From Candidatus Tagabacteria bacterium (GTDB taxonomy: Bacteria; Patescibacteriota; Minisyncoccia; GCA-002779875): a stretch of 64,000 bases of DNA. The notes under the pieces are model-generated. The model was not told the DNA's origin. It searched no databases and worked only from the letters and a program-made list of their open reading frames with translations. This document shows positions 8,128 through 17,579 of this stretch, piece by piece; the stretch's first letter is position 1, and the number at the start of each line of letters is the position of its first letter. Made by a program: the position numbers and the translations under genes. The stretch lies in the NCBI GenBank assembly GCA_963820595.1, contig CAWGAO010000005.1:3853-67852 (forward strand), written 5' to 3'.

Positions 8128-8931
8128 ATGAAAAAGTTTTTTTTCTTTCTTATAATGTTCGGTTTAATAATCGGCGGAATCGATTGGCTTTTAAGACCGG
8201 ATGCCGTTCTGGGCATTACGTCTTCGACAGGTTTTTATATTAACGGTTATGTTAAGGATCAGTTGGGCAACGGCATACCCGGGGTGATTATCACGGTTCC
8301 AGAGGCTCAGGAAAATTCCGATTCTTGCCCGAAGGCCATGCCGGCTTTTTCAACCGCTACCACAAACGGGAATGGCTATTACGCTCTAATGGTGGTGACC
8401 GAGGGCGGAGGATGGACGGGAGCGTGTAATTATATTACGGTTAAAATTTCAAAACCGAACTGCACATTTGTTTCTCCTCAGCGACTTTTGCTTCAGAGTC
8501 CGCGCATAAATATCAATGGAACCTGCGTTAAACCTCCGCCGGTTTCGACATCTACTCCTTCTACTTCTCAGGTTACCGGCTTTGCGACTTCTACCGCAAC
8601 GATTGCCACCTCCGCTTTGCTGCCCGGCGAGTGTATTAATTGCGGCACGAATGAACGCATTTCGTTGGAGACGGGGCAGGAAAAAACCTATGTTGCGAAA
8701 ATAGAGAATTCTACGCTGACATCCCTGCGGGTGGAGGTTGTTGGTTTGACCAACGGGACATACGCCGAGATTTCTTTGATATTTCCGGACGGCCGCGTTT
8801 TTCCGACCGGAGCAACGGGTCAAAATCACGTTATAGGCGTTTCCTCGAATGGTACCGTGGATATTCGGACTCAAAAGAATCCTCAAGGCGGCAATGTTTC
8901 CGACCAGTACCTGCCGGCCAGGATTTTATAA
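8128..8931 (+). CDS. secreted/anchored hypothetical protein with carboxypeptidase-regulatory-like beta-sandwich and Ser/Thr-rich linker
   Basis: N-terminal hydrophobic helix. GYVKDQLGNGIPGVIITV motif. PPVSTSTPSTSQVTGFATSTATIATS linker. Confidence 0.4.
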   Translation: MKKFFFFLIMFGLIIGGIDWLLRPDAVLGITSSTGFYINGYVKDQLGNGIPGVIITVPEAQENSDSCPKAMPAFSTATTNGNGYYALMVVTEGGGWTGACNYITVKISKPNCTFVSPQRLLLQSPRININGTCVKPPPVSTSTPSTSQVTGFATSTATIATSALLPGECINCGTNERISLETGQEKTYVAKIENSTLTSLRVEVVGLTNGTYAEISLIFPDGRVFPTGATGQNHVIGVSSNGTVDIRTQKNPQGGNVSDQYLPARIL

Positions 8932-9338
8932 CCTGAAAATAAAAGCGCTGACTGCCAGCAAGGTCCGTCTCAGCAGTTTCACAACACTAAAATTATACAA
9001 GCCCCAGTAAAATATTTTTCCTTAAAAAAATCCCTTTCGGGTTACCCAAGGGGATTTTTTATAAATAAAATGGCCCCGCTTTTGGCAGGGCCTTGTTTGA
9101 TTTAGAATATTTTAAAAGACCAATGGTATGAAAAAGAAGAACAAGGAAAGGCAAAAGCCACGGTATGATAAGTGCTCTGACAAAACAAGCGTTTGTAAGT
9201 GAGCCTAATTGGGGCTCGCCTTTCTTCAATCTCTATTTTCCAAAAACAGAAATCTACTTTAAGAATACGTCAATGGCAGAAATAAACAACTTCAAATAGT
9301 AAAGGTGGATAATTTTTTATGTTATCATATAACTACCA

Positions 9339-11114
9339 ATGAAAAACGAAGAAATCGCAAAAATACTTTACGAAATGGCGCTTTATTTGGAAATAAAAGA
9401 AGCGCCTTTTAAGCCGCGCGCATATGAAAAAGCGGCTCAGTCCGTAGAAGCTCTCGGAGAAGACGTTGGCGATATTTATAAAAAAGGAGGATTAAAAGCA
9501 GTTGAAGAAATTCCCGCGATAGGAAAAGGCATCGGCGAAAGAATCGAGGAATATTTGAAAACCAGCCATATCAAAGATTACGAAAAATTAAAAAAGCAGA
9601 TACCAGTTGACATACAGGCCCTTTCGGAAATAGAGGGCGTCGGTCCGAAGCTGATAAAACTTTTTTACCAGAAACTGAAAATAAAAAATATCGGCGATTT
9701 GGAGAAAGCGGCAAGAGCGGGGAAATTGGCGAAATTGCCGCGCAGCGGCGAACGCCTGCAGGCAAAAATTTTAAGCGGAATAGAGTTTTACAAGCGTTCC
9801 CAATCCAGATTTTTACTGGGTTCCGTTTTACCTTTGGCTCAAGAAATCGAAGCGCGCCTGCAGAAGGTCAAAAGCGTTGCAAAGGCTGCCACCGCCGGTT
9901 CGGTGAGGAGAAGACAGGAAACAATCGGCGATTTGGACTTTTTGGTCGTTTCTCCGAAACCCGAAGAAGTGACGAAGTTTTTCGTTTCAATGCCCGAAGT
10001 TGCTCATATTCTCGCAAAAGGCCCCACAAAAACGATGGTTCAGCTTAAAGGCGGAATCGGAGCGGATTTGCGGGTGGTGGATAAAAAATCTTTCGGCGCC
10101 GCCCTCCAATATTTTACCGGCAACAAAGACCACAACATAGCATTGAGAAAAATCGCGATTAAGCACGGCTGGAAACTTAATGAATACGGAATCTTTTCGG
10201 CCCAAGGCCGATCCGCCTCGGGCGGAAAGGGCCGATGGAAGCAGATTGCCGGCGAAACAGAAGATGGCGTATACAAAAAACTTGGAATGAATTGGGTGCC
10301 TCCGGAAATTCGGACGAACAGCGGGGAGATAGAAGCGGCTCAAAAACATAAACTGCCGAAATTGATAATGCCGAAAGACATCAAGGGTGATTTACAGGTT
10401 CACAGCAATTGGACCGATGGTTCGAATTCAATCGAGGAGATGGCGACTGCCGCCTATAAACTCGGTTATCAATATATTGCCATTACCGACCATACGAAAG
10501 ATTTGGCGATGACGCACGGCAACGATGAGAAGAAACTGCTCAAAGAGATGGCTGCGATAGAAAAAATAAATGAAAAATTTTGGAAAAAAGGAGAGTTCAG
10601 AATTTTAAAAGGAGCGGAAGTAAATATCAGGAAAGACGGCTCGCTTGATATTAAAGATGAAGTTTTGGCGAAACTTGACGTTGTCGGCGCGGCGGTTCAT
10701 TCCTATTTTAATATTATGAAAGACGAACAAACCAAAAGACTAATCAGGGTGATAGAAAATCCGCATGTTGATATTATTCTGCATCTGACCGGCCGTTTAA
10801 TACAAGAACGGCAGGGGATTGAATTTGACGAAGACGAAGTTTTTGAAGCGGCGAAAAAAACCGGAACAATATTTGAAATAAACGCGTGTCCGAACCGGCT
10901 TGATTTGAGCGATGAGCATATCCGCCGCGCAAAGAATATGGGTATAAAGATGTCCATCGGCACGGATTCGCACGCAGCGCACGAATTTTTGTACATGTCT
11001 TATGGCGTTAGTCAGGCCCGCCGCGGCTGGGTCGAGAAAAAAGATGTTATCAATACGTTTTCTTTGGAAGAAATTTTGGAATTTTTGAAGAAGCCGAAAA
11101 GTAAGAGGTTTTGA
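9339..11114 (+). CDS. polX: family X DNA polymerase with C-terminal PHP domain
   Basis: 591 aa. N-terminal HhH region ([16 protein letters not shown]), pol-beta-like core ([17 protein letters not shown]) and a PHP region ([12 protein letters not shown] .. GTDSHA). Confidence 0.9.
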   Translation: MKNEEIAKILYEMALYLEIKEAPFKPRAYEKAAQSVEALGEDVGDIYKKGGLKAVEEIPAIGKGIGERIEEYLKTSHIKDYEKLKKQIPVDIQALSEIEGVGPKLIKLFYQKLKIKNIGDLEKAARAGKLAKLPRSGERLQAKILSGIEFYKRSQSRFLLGSVLPLAQEIEARLQKVKSVAKAATAGSVRRRQETIGDLDFLVVSPKPEEVTKFFVSMPEVAHILAKGPTKTMVQLKGGIGADLRVVDKKSFGAALQYFTGNKDHNIALRKIAIKHGWKLNEYGIFSAQGRSASGGKGRWKQIAGETEDGVYKKLGMNWVPPEIRTNSGEIEAAQKHKLPKLIMPKDIKGDLQVHSNWTDGSNSIEEMATAAYKLGYQYIAITDHTKDLAMTHGNDEKKLLKEMAAIEKINEKFWKKGEFRILKGAEVNIRKDGSLDIKDEVLAKLDVVGAAVHSYFNIMKDEQTKRLIRVIENPHVDIILHLTGRLIQERQGIEFDEDEVFEAAKKTGTIFEINACPNRLDLSDEHIRRAKNMGIKMSIGTDSHAAHEFLYMSYGVSQARRGWVEKKDVINTFSLEEILEFLKKPKSKRF

Positions 11115-11176
11115 ATAGACTAACAATAAGATTAAAAACCTCTTAAAATAAGGGGGTTTTGAGCATTTAGTTATGC

Positions 11177-11206
11177 TTGACAAAATCATTTTAATCGTGG
11201 TATATT
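11177..11206 (+). promoter_or_regulatory. candidate promoter (extended -10)
   Basis: TTGACA-18 nt-TATATT with TGg directly upstream of the -10. AAGGAGG SD follows. Confidence 0.45.
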
Positions 11207-11249
11207 TAAAAAGGAAAATAGAGGGTTTTTAAAAGGAGGTAAAAAGAAA

Positions 11250-11441
11250 ATGAGAGGAAGACTTACCAGAATTTATTATAGATATCCTGGAACTATGAGA
11301 GCCGTCATTCGAGACGTTTGGGAAGAAGCAACGAATCTTCTTAAAGAGAAGGAGAAGTTGGAAAATCGGCTAGCCGAAATTAATAAAAGACTTACTGTAC
11401 TTGAAAAGAAGCCCAGTAAGATTGTCGAACATCGCGCTTGA
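11250..11441 (+). CDS. hypothetical small coiled-coil protein
   Basis: 63-aa ORF with a strong SD (AAAAGGAGG) and a terminator downstream. Confidence 0.35.
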   Translation: MRGRLTRIYYRYPGTMRAVIRDVWEEATNLLKEKEKLENRLAEINKRLTVLEKKPSKIVEHRA

Positions 11442-11533
11442 CTAAACTCCTATCGCGGTAAAGATTGATGTTGCTTCGGGAATTGTAATAAATCCAAACA
11501 TAAGTTTTTAAAGACTGTAAACCTCTCTGACTA

Positions 11534-11569
11534 TTAAGGGGATCCGACGTGAATCCCCTTAATTTTTTT
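11534..11569 (+). terminator. rho-independent terminator
   Basis: TTAAGGGGAT-ccgacgtga-ATCCCCTTAA followed by T7. Confidence 0.75.
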
Positions 11570-11704
11570 CTAAATTGTGCTAAAATAAAAATAACGGGAG
11601 GAGATAAAAACTTTGCAATTGTTTTATGAAATATTCGAATTACAAAACTTCTGAAGAAGTGTTTATTAAGGAAATGAGAAAATTTGAAGTAAAAAATCCA
11701 CTTT

Positions 11705-12448
11705 ATGGAAAATTTAGATAAAAATATGATTTCAAAAGAAAACATTCTTCGACCGCCGGAGAAAAAATTCTGGAAGCTTATTTCCGAAGAGCCGGCTTTT
11801 GTCAGTATTTTGAGCGAGAAAGACCCATCCGATATCGAGTGGTATAAGAAATTGGACAAAAGCCCGGAGGTGCAGAAATGGATGATTGAAGACGGGGAAG
11901 AAATGACGGAAGAAGACATAAAACATATCATCGCCCATCACCCTCAAAAATGGCTGTTCTATGCCGTCAGTGGCGAAAAAAGCGGAAGCGAAGTGGAAGG
12001 CTGGATTCAAATGTGGCCGGAGGAAGAAGAAATTGCCGATAGAATCAGGAAAAAATTTTCTGCAGATTTGCCAAAAGACAATCTAATATTGGAATTGAGC
12101 TACGCCAGATACAAGGACCCCAATATACCGAAAGAAAAACGCGAAAAGGGAATTATCTCGAGCGGCCTAAGGCAAGTGTGTTATTTGCTCGGTTTGCATC
12201 TGACCGGAGAGGACGCGGAAACCAAGGCGGCAAAAAAACCGTTATTGAAACCAAAATTAAATATTGTGGCCTATACCGATCCGGAGAACGAACCTTCCGA
12301 AAAAGTTTTGGAAAAGTCCGGATTTAAAATTGTCGGCAAGATTAAATACGAGCCTGGCAGCGGAAAAGAAGACAACTTCTGGGTGCTTGATTGGGATAAA
12401 TTGAGAGATTTTTACGCAAAAATAGACGAAGAAAGAATAAAAAAATAA
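11705..12448 (+). CDS. GNAT-family acetyltransferase-like protein
   Basis: C-terminal NIVAYTDPENEPSEKVLEKSGFKIVGK resembles the GNAT beta-strand/helix motif (N-x-x-S-x-x-x-x-EK-x-GF). The start is uncertain; an upstream ATG at 11626 lies in another frame. Confidence 0.45.
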   Translation: MENLDKNMISKENILRPPEKKFWKLISEEPAFVSILSEKDPSDIEWYKKLDKSPEVQKWMIEDGEEMTEEDIKHIIAHHPQKWLFYAVSGEKSGSEVEGWIQMWPEEEEIADRIRKKFSADLPKDNLILELSYARYKDPNIPKEKREKGIISSGLRQVCYLLGLHLTGEDAETKAAKKPLLKPKLNIVAYTDPENEPSEKVLEKSGFKIVGKIKYEPGSGKEDNFWVLDWDKLRDFYAKIDEERIKK

Positions 12449-12489
12449 ATTCTCGCATATTTTTTCTAAAAAGTGTTAAAATTAAGAAG

Positions 12490-13224
12490 ATGGCCGACGA
12501 AATCATTCTTTCGGTAAAAAATTTGACGGTGGAATTTAACGGCGTTGCCGTTTTAAGCGATGTTTCTTTTTCCGTAAAAAAAGGGGAAATATTCGTCGTT
12601 ATCGGACCAAATGGCGCGGGAAAAACGGTTCTTTTCAGGGCCTTGCTCGGGCTTATTCCCTATAAAGGCGAAATTAAATGGGCGGAAAATTCGCACATTG
12701 GTTACGTGCCCCAGCGGCTTGGCGTTAACCGAGATTTTCCTTTAACCGTCGAAGAATTTTTGCAATTGGTTCCGCCTAAAAATTCCAAAGGCGAACTTTA
12801 CCGCATTTTGAACCTTGTGGGTTTTGAGGGAGATGTGCATCATCTGGAGCACCACGTTTTAAGCAGGAAGCTCGGCGTGCTTTCGGGCGGTCAGCTGCAG
12901 CGAGTTTTGATTGCGTTCGCCATGCTCGATAAGCCGGAAGTTTTGTTGTTTGATGAGCCAACCAGCGGAGTTGATATCGGTTCAGAAGAGATAATTTATG
13001 AACGTATTAAAAAACTGAACAAAGAAGAAAATTTTACGATGCTTTTGATATCCCATGATTTAAGCGTTGTCCATAGATGGGCTACAAACGTTTTATGTCT
13101 TAATCGCAAGGCTCTCTGCGTCGGCGAGCCGCACACGGTGATAGGGGCAGACGTTTTAAAAGAGCTTTACGGCGGCGAAAAGGCGATTTATAGGCATCAT
13201 CACGAGCACGAAAATAAATTTTAA
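12490..13224 (+). CDS. metal (Zn/Mn-type) ABC transporter ATP-binding protein
   Basis: Walker A GPNGAGKT, signature LSGGQLQR, Walker B LLFDEP. Adjacent to an ABC-3 permease. Confidence 0.85.
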   Translation: MADEIILSVKNLTVEFNGVAVLSDVSFSVKKGEIFVVIGPNGAGKTVLFRALLGLIPYKGEIKWAENSHIGYVPQRLGVNRDFPLTVEEFLQLVPPKNSKGELYRILNLVGFEGDVHHLEHHVLSRKLGVLSGGQLQRVLIAFAMLDKPEVLLFDEPTSGVDIGSEEIIYERIKKLNKEENFTMLLISHDLSVVHRWATNVLCLNRKALCVGEPHTVIGADVLKELYGGEKAIYRHHHEHENKF

Positions 13225-13227
13225 ATT

Positions 13228-14001
13228 ATGTTTGCGGATTCACAATTTATAATGAGTTTGATTGTGGGAATCGCCGTTGGAGCGGCCAGCGGATTTTTGG
13301 GCGCGTTTTTGATTTTAAAAAGAATGGCTCTGGTTGGAGACGCAATGACTCATGTGGCTTTACCCGGCATCGGTCTCGCCTTTCTTTTCGGTATAAATCC
13401 GTTTTTAGGAGCGTTCGTTTTGCTGTTTGTCGCAATGGTTCTTGTTTGGAAATTGGAACAACGCACGGATTTGCCGGTTGAAACTCTGGTCGGGATTTTT
13501 TTCGCGACTAGCTTGGCCGCAGGCATTCTTTTGACTCCTCAATTGGAATTGTATGAAGCCCTTTTTGGAGACATTTCCCGCGTCGGAATTTGGGACGGAA
13601 TTTTTGCCGTGGCCGCCGCAATCGGAGTGTTCGCCATAATGATAAAAATCGCGGAAAAAATGCTGATGGGAATTATTTCCGAAGATTTGGCGGTTTCCTC
13701 CGGCATAAAAGTGCGCAAATTGAATTTTATTTTTCTTTTGCTCGTTGCGATAGTCGTGGCCTTGGGAGTAAAAGTGGTTGGAACTATGCTGATGGGTGGG
13801 CTTGTCGTTATCCCGGCCGCGGCGGCGAAAAATATCAGCCGGAGTTTCCGCCAGTACGCGTTTTGGAGCAGTTTATTGGGATTTGTCTGCGCCGGCGTTG
13901 GTATTTTTGTCGGCAAAAATATTTTCAATTTCGCCGGGACCCGCGGTAGTGCTTTCAAGTACGCATTTTTTCTGATTACATTGGCGTTCAAGCGGCGGTA
14001 A
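13228..14001 (+). CDS. metal ABC transporter permease (ABC-3 family), probable frameshift near the 3' end
   Basis: Polytopic with a ZnuB/MntB-like layout. After about 13930 an alternative frame gives SPGPAVVLSSTHFF*, which fits the family C-terminus better. Confidence 0.8.
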   Translation: MFADSQFIMSLIVGIAVGAASGFLGAFLILKRMALVGDAMTHVALPGIGLAFLFGINPFLGAFVLLFVAMVLVWKLEQRTDLPVETLVGIFFATSLAAGILLTPQLELYEALFGDISRVGIWDGIFAVAAAIGVFAIMIKIAEKMLMGIISEDLAVSSGIKVRKLNFIFLLLVAIVVALGVKVVGTMLMGGLVVIPAAAAKNISRSFRQYAFWSSLLGFVCAGVGIFVGKNIFNFAGTRGSAFKYAFFLITLAFKRR

Positions 14002-14027
14002 AAACCCTAATCTTCTTAAGGAGTTGC

Positions 14028-14058
14028 AAATAGCATAGAAGTGTGCTATTTTTGTTTT
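14028..14058 (+). terminator. rho-independent terminator
   Basis: AAATAGCA-tagaagtg-TGCTATTT followed by TTGTTTT. Confidence 0.6.
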
Positions 14059-14261
14059 GAACTGAAAGTTTAAAAAACAAAGGAGGAATTAAAATGGCGG
14101 TATGTGAACCTATTCGTAAATACTAAAAAAGAAAAGAAAGATGCGATCAAATTGCGCCTTGGCGAGGTATTATTACTTTTATTCTCACTCTATTATTGTG
14201 CCATTTCTGCCGTTCTTCCATTCAAAATAAACTCAAAAATTATTTGAAAAGGAGGAAAATT

Positions 14262-14454
14262 ATGAAAGTTGAGATGTTGTTACGCAAAATCGAACATCGA
14301 ACACATTTTAATCTTTGAAATGAATAGAAAGCTGGCCGAGTGGGAGTCCAAACACTCAAATGCCGAAATTATGCACGTTGACCAAAAAATAACTTTCGTG
14401 CCTGACATCGGTTGCCCGAATCTTCTTTTAACCCTTGTGATTGTATATCGTTAA
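14262..14454 (+). CDS. small hypothetical protein, apparently frameshifted
   Basis: AAAGGAGGA SD then ATG 14262 (MKVEMLLRKIEHRTHFNL*). It continues in the frame of ORF 14269-14454. Confidence 0.25.
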
Positions 14455-14496
14455 TTTTGAAAAAATAAAAAAACCCGACAATTCCTTGTCGGGTTT

Positions 14497-14841
14497 TTAC
14501 TTTACTTTTTTTACAATCTCTTCAAAAACTTCAGGGTGATTTTCGGCAAGCTCGGAAAGAACTTTCCTATTCAGGCCGATTTTGGCGCGGTTTAATTTGT
14601 GTATGAAAACACTGTAAGACATTCCGTGCTGGCGGCTGGCGGCGTTGATTTTTATCTGCCACAATTTTCTGAAATTTCTTTTTTTCTTTCGGAGGTCCTG
14701 GAATCTGTGGACGCCGGCGTGAAGAAGCGCTTCTTTTGCAAAGCGTTCTTTCGATTTCCGGCCCCACTTATAACCTTTCGTTTGTTTTAAGATTTTCCGC
14801 CGGTGTTTTAGCGATATTATTCCTCTTTTAACTCGCGTCAT
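14497..14841 (-). CDS. rplT: 50S ribosomal protein L20
   Basis: MTRVKRGIISLKHRRKILKQTKGY... is a canonical L20 N-terminus. Confidence 0.95.
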   Translation of the reverse strand: MTRVKRGIISLKHRRKILKQTKGYKWGRKSKERFAKEALLHAGVHRFQDLRKKKRNFRKLWQIKINAASRQHGMSYSVFIHKLNRAKIGLNRKVLSELAENHPEVFEEIVKKVK

Positions 14842-14903
14842 AAATTTTTACTCTTGCTTGCCCCGTAGCTCCGCCGAAGGCGGATGGTTCGGGGTCATAT
14901 ATT

Positions 14904-15095
14904 TTAGCGAATATAAGGCAATAGTTGTTTTAATTGTTTTCTGCTGATTTTAAGTTCCCTCCATTTTTTCGAGGCAAGCTCTTTTTTCCTTTTTTTCTTC
15001 GCCCGAAAATGAATTAAGCCGCCTTTACGGATTAATACTTTTCCTTTGCGCGTTATTTTTACGCGCTTTAATAATGCTTTGTTGGTCTTTGCCAT
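14904..15095 (-). CDS. rpmI: 50S ribosomal protein L35
   Basis: 63 aa, highly basic (MAKTNKALLKRVKITRKGKV). Position is between infC and rplT. Confidence 0.9.
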   Translation of the reverse strand: MAKTNKALLKRVKITRKGKVLIRKGGLIHFRAKKKRKKELASKKWRELKISRKQLKQLLPYIR

Positions 15096-15302
15096 TTTTA
15101 TTATGAGCGGAGCGAATTATAAAAATGAGCACCCCGCTCTAATTTTACCGTTAAAATCAAAATTGTCATTTATTGAACTAAAGAACCTATTTTAATCTCG
15201 CGAGGTGCGGGCGCGAATAGCGCATCCCTGCCTGCCGGCAGGCAGGCTTTTAGCGCGAAACGCCTCGCCGTTGTTCTATCTTGTAAAATTAGGGCGTGGG
15301 TT
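15096..15302 (-). repeat. modular palindromic intergenic element, copy G (between infC and rpmI)
   Basis: M' abuts the rpmI ATG (sense: GGGGTGCTCATTTTTATAATTCGCTCCGCTCATAATAAAAATG). Outer stem is 15130-15148 paired with 15283-15302 (CCCCGCTCTAATTTTAC / GTAAAATTAGGGCGTGGG). The GC-rich core carries CCTGCCTGCCGGCAGGCAGG (15227-15246). Confidence 0.9.
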
Positions 15303-15318
15303 GCCCTCCTTTTAGCCC

Positions 15319-15828
15319 TTATTTAATTCTTTCTATGATGATGTTGATGCCTGTCGGGCCGGATTTTGGGCCTTCAACCACTTTACAATTTTCCGTTATT
15401 AAAGGCAAGATGCGTTCAATTCTCGGCTTTAAAAAATTTCTATCAAGAAATTTCGCCTGACCTCTTAAAATGAGATCAACTTTTATCCGATGGCCTTCTT
15501 TTAAGAACTCCGAAGCTTGTTTTGCTTTTACTTCCAGGTCGTGTTGGGATGTGCCCAGTTTGAGCCGGATGCTTTTTGTTTCGACTTCGCGCGCTTTTTT
15601 TGAGGCTTCCTGCGCTTTCTTTTTCTCTTTGTACTGATATTTTCCGTAATCCATTATCTTGGCAATCGGAGGATTCGCAGTCGGGGATATTTCTATCAGA
15701 TCAAGTCCTTTATCTTTTGCCATTTGGAGCGCGGCCGCAATTTCAAGAACTCCCAGATTATTTCCTTCTTCATCTATCACCCTTAAGGGCGAAACCGCTA
15801 TTTGATTGTTGATGCGTACTTTTTTAAT
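15319..15828 (-). CDS. infC: translation initiation factor IF-3 (probable AUU start)
   Basis: IKKVRINNQIAVSPLRVIDEEGNNLGV... The reading frame extends upstream of the first ATG to ATT at 15828, which is preceded by an in-frame TAA. An AUU start is classical for infC. Confidence 0.9.
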   Translation of the reverse strand: MKKVRINNQIAVSPLRVIDEEGNNLGVLEIAAALQMAKDKGLDLIEISPTANPPIAKIMDYGKYQYKEKKKAQEASKKAREVETKSIRLKLGTSQHDLEVKAKQASEFLKEGHRIKVDLILRGQAKFLDRNFLKPRIERILPLITENCKVVEGPKSGPTGINIIIERIK

Positions 15829-15900
15829 CAGATGTTTTTATTTTAGCGGATTTATGATTTTACGCAAGAATACCGAATAAAGTGATTGTTTCGTCATATG

Positions 15901-16208
15901 TAGCCCCGTACAAATTTTGCGAGATTTGCCTACAAGTCCTCAAAAATCATAGTCGCTTCACTCCTTGATTTTTGGGCTCGCAGGCCGCCCCTCGCCCCGC
16001 CTGCGGCGGGGCTGCGGTCTTCAAATCTCGCTCCAGCTATTCGTGAAAAAGTAGCCCCAGCACAGCAGTTTGCGAGATTTTTCACCGGCAAGCCGCTTCG
16101 CCCTTAAGGGATGTGCCTATTCGGCACGCGCGGCTTGCGAAAGAAATTCTTACTTAGTGATATTGCAATAATTTTTGTAAAAACAATATGGCAAACTGTG
16201 TGCGGGGC
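15901..16208. repeat. compound nested-hairpin repeat region (J) downstream of tmRNA
   Basis: Direct repeat GTAGCCCC(g/a)..TTTGCGAGATTT at 15901-15930 and 16051-16086. Hairpins at 15920-16031, 15995-16013, 16088-16138 and 16054-16208. Confidence 0.8.
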
Positions 16209-16221
16209 AAAGGTTTCGCAA

Positions 16222-16257
16222 CCAAAAATCTGGCACCGCATGGCGCCAGATTTTTGG
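16222..16257 (-). terminator. tmRNA terminator hairpin
   Basis: CCAAAAATCTGGC / GCCAGATTTTTGG form a 13-bp stem directly 3' of the tmRNA end (minus-strand sense). Confidence 0.7.
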
Positions 16258-16269
16258 GCGAATTCACTT

Positions 16270-16614
16270 TGGAGATGGCGAGATTTGAACTCGCGTCAAG
16301 AAGTTAAATGCATTATCGTCTACAAGCTTGTTTCGGTTGAATAAGATTGCGGTTAGAACCGAAAGAAAAACGCAAAATTTTTCCTTCTTTTTAGTCGCTC
16401 TATATCGAAGGTTTATAGAGTCTAGCCCGATAATGACGTCTCGGTCTTTCTATCGTGCATCAAAAGAGAGACGGCTTTTGCTTAAATTTTAAGCAAAAGC
16501 GTAAGCAGGTTGATTCACTGCATTTACATTTGTTGAACGGATTTTAAAGAGGTAACCGATCATCCTCTGCCTGCGAATAACGCATTTTGACTCCCTTCGA
16601 AGCCTTTCATCCCC
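16270..16614 (-). ncRNA. ssrA: tmRNA (SsrA)
   Basis: 5' end GGGGAUGAAAGGCUUCGAAGGG, 3' end GACGCGAGUUCAAAUCUCGCCAUCUCCA. The acceptor stem has a G3:U pair. Tag ORF GCA GUG AAU CAA CCU GCU UAC GCU UUU GCU UAA encodes AVNQPAYAFA*. A helix (GCUUUUGCUUAAA/UUUAAGCAAAAGC) spans the stop. It lies next to smpB. Confidence 0.85.
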
Positions 16615-16657
16615 AAAATTTTCTTTGAAAATTTTGCCCTCGAGTCTTATCGAAGGG

Positions 16658-17101
16658 CTACTCTGTTTTCAATTCTCTTTCAATTTTTCTCTTCGCTTCT
16701 CTTTCTTTCATTCGCTCGCGCTTGTCGTATTTTTTAAGTCCGCGGCAAACTCCGAAAGAAAGCTTTAAAAAACCTTTTTTAATATACATCGCAAGGGGTA
16801 TCAAAGTCAAGCCTTGCTGCTGGCTTTTACCGCCTAAATACGAGATTTCTTTCTTGCTGAGGAGTAATCGGCGGGTGCGCAGGGAGTCGTAATCACTTGG
16901 CGTGTTTGCGGCTTGGTAGGGTGGAATGTCTATACCGACAACATAAGCCTCGCCGCCCCGGATGATGACTCGGCTTCCGACAAGGGACCCGCGTCCGTTT
17001 TTCAGGGCTTTTACTTCGAATCCTTTCAATTCCAAGCCCGCCTCGAACTTCTCGAGGATTTCGTAGTCGTGATATGCTTTTCGATTCTCGATAAGTGCCA
17101 T
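16658..17101 (-). CDS. smpB: SsrA-binding protein
   Basis: MALIENRKAYHDYEILEKFEAGLELKGFEVK is a canonical SmpB N-terminus. Confidence 0.95.
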   Translation of the reverse strand: MALIENRKAYHDYEILEKFEAGLELKGFEVKALKNGRGSLVGSRVIIRGGEAYVVGIDIPPYQAANTPSDYDSLRTRRLLLSKKEISYLGGKSQQQGLTLIPLAMYIKKGFLKLSFGVCRGLKKYDKRERMKEREAKRKIERELKTE

Positions 17102-17179
17102 TTTCTAAATACTATCATATCTTGTTTTCCATTCAATTTGTATTTTCAAAAGATTTTTTACGTTGTATTATTAAATAAT

Positions 17180-17506
17180 CATGAAGAATTCGAATACGAA
17201 GGAGAAAAATATCAAATAGACGCTTCGAAAAGAGTTGATGGCGGCGGAGATTTAGATCTGGCTACCAAAACTATTTTGGTGGATAAGGATGTCCCGGAGA
17301 AATTCCACGAGGGAATTGCGGTACACGAAATCGAAGAAAGAAAATACCTTTTGAAGGGGCATAGCTATGTGTATTCCCATAATGAAGCGCAGAAAAAAGA
17401 GCTTGAATTTTATGAAAAAGTTTACGGAAAAGACAAAGGAGTGCAAACGCTTGAAGAAGAGGAGATCTCTCGTTTTAACCATTACCCGCCGGCATTCTTC
17501 CCCTAA
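17180..17506 (+). CDS. hypothetical protein, tandem paralog 1 (start unclear or frameshifted)
   Basis: EFEYEGEKYQIDASKR..ILVDKDVPEKFHEGIAVHEIEERKYL. ATG 17181 is +1 relative to the ORF frame. An in-frame TTG is at 17138. Confidence 0.35.
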   Translation, partial: HEEFEYEGEKYQIDASKRVDGGGDLDLATKTILVDKDVPEKFHEGIAVHEIEERKYLLKGHSYVYSHNEAQKKELEFYEKVYGKDKGVQTLEEEEISRFNHYPPAFFP

Positions 17507-17579
17507 TTCGAGAAAGAGCAAGATAATCAAGGCGGAGGAAGAATCGCAAGAAGTTTCGAACAACGTTTTTCAAATTGAG

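Noticed and set aside
9128-9202. 24-aa basic ORF MKKKNKERQKPRYDKCSDKTSVCK in the 400-bp gap upstream of polX
   Set aside because: It has no Shine-Dalgarno sequence and no recognisable family (not L34, L36 or other small ribosomal proteins as far as I can tell). It is too short to support from sequence alone.
14095-14261. SD-preceded mini-ORF MAVCEPIRKY* and a possible ~50-aa hydrophobic continuation in another frame
   Set aside because: It needs an assumed frameshift right after the start codon, which makes it too speculative. It is noted only because the SD (AAAGGAGGA) is strong.
16111-16344. 77-aa plus-strand ORF
   Set aside because: It overlaps the tmRNA 3' end, its terminator and the hairpin repeats on the opposite strand, so it is non-coding.
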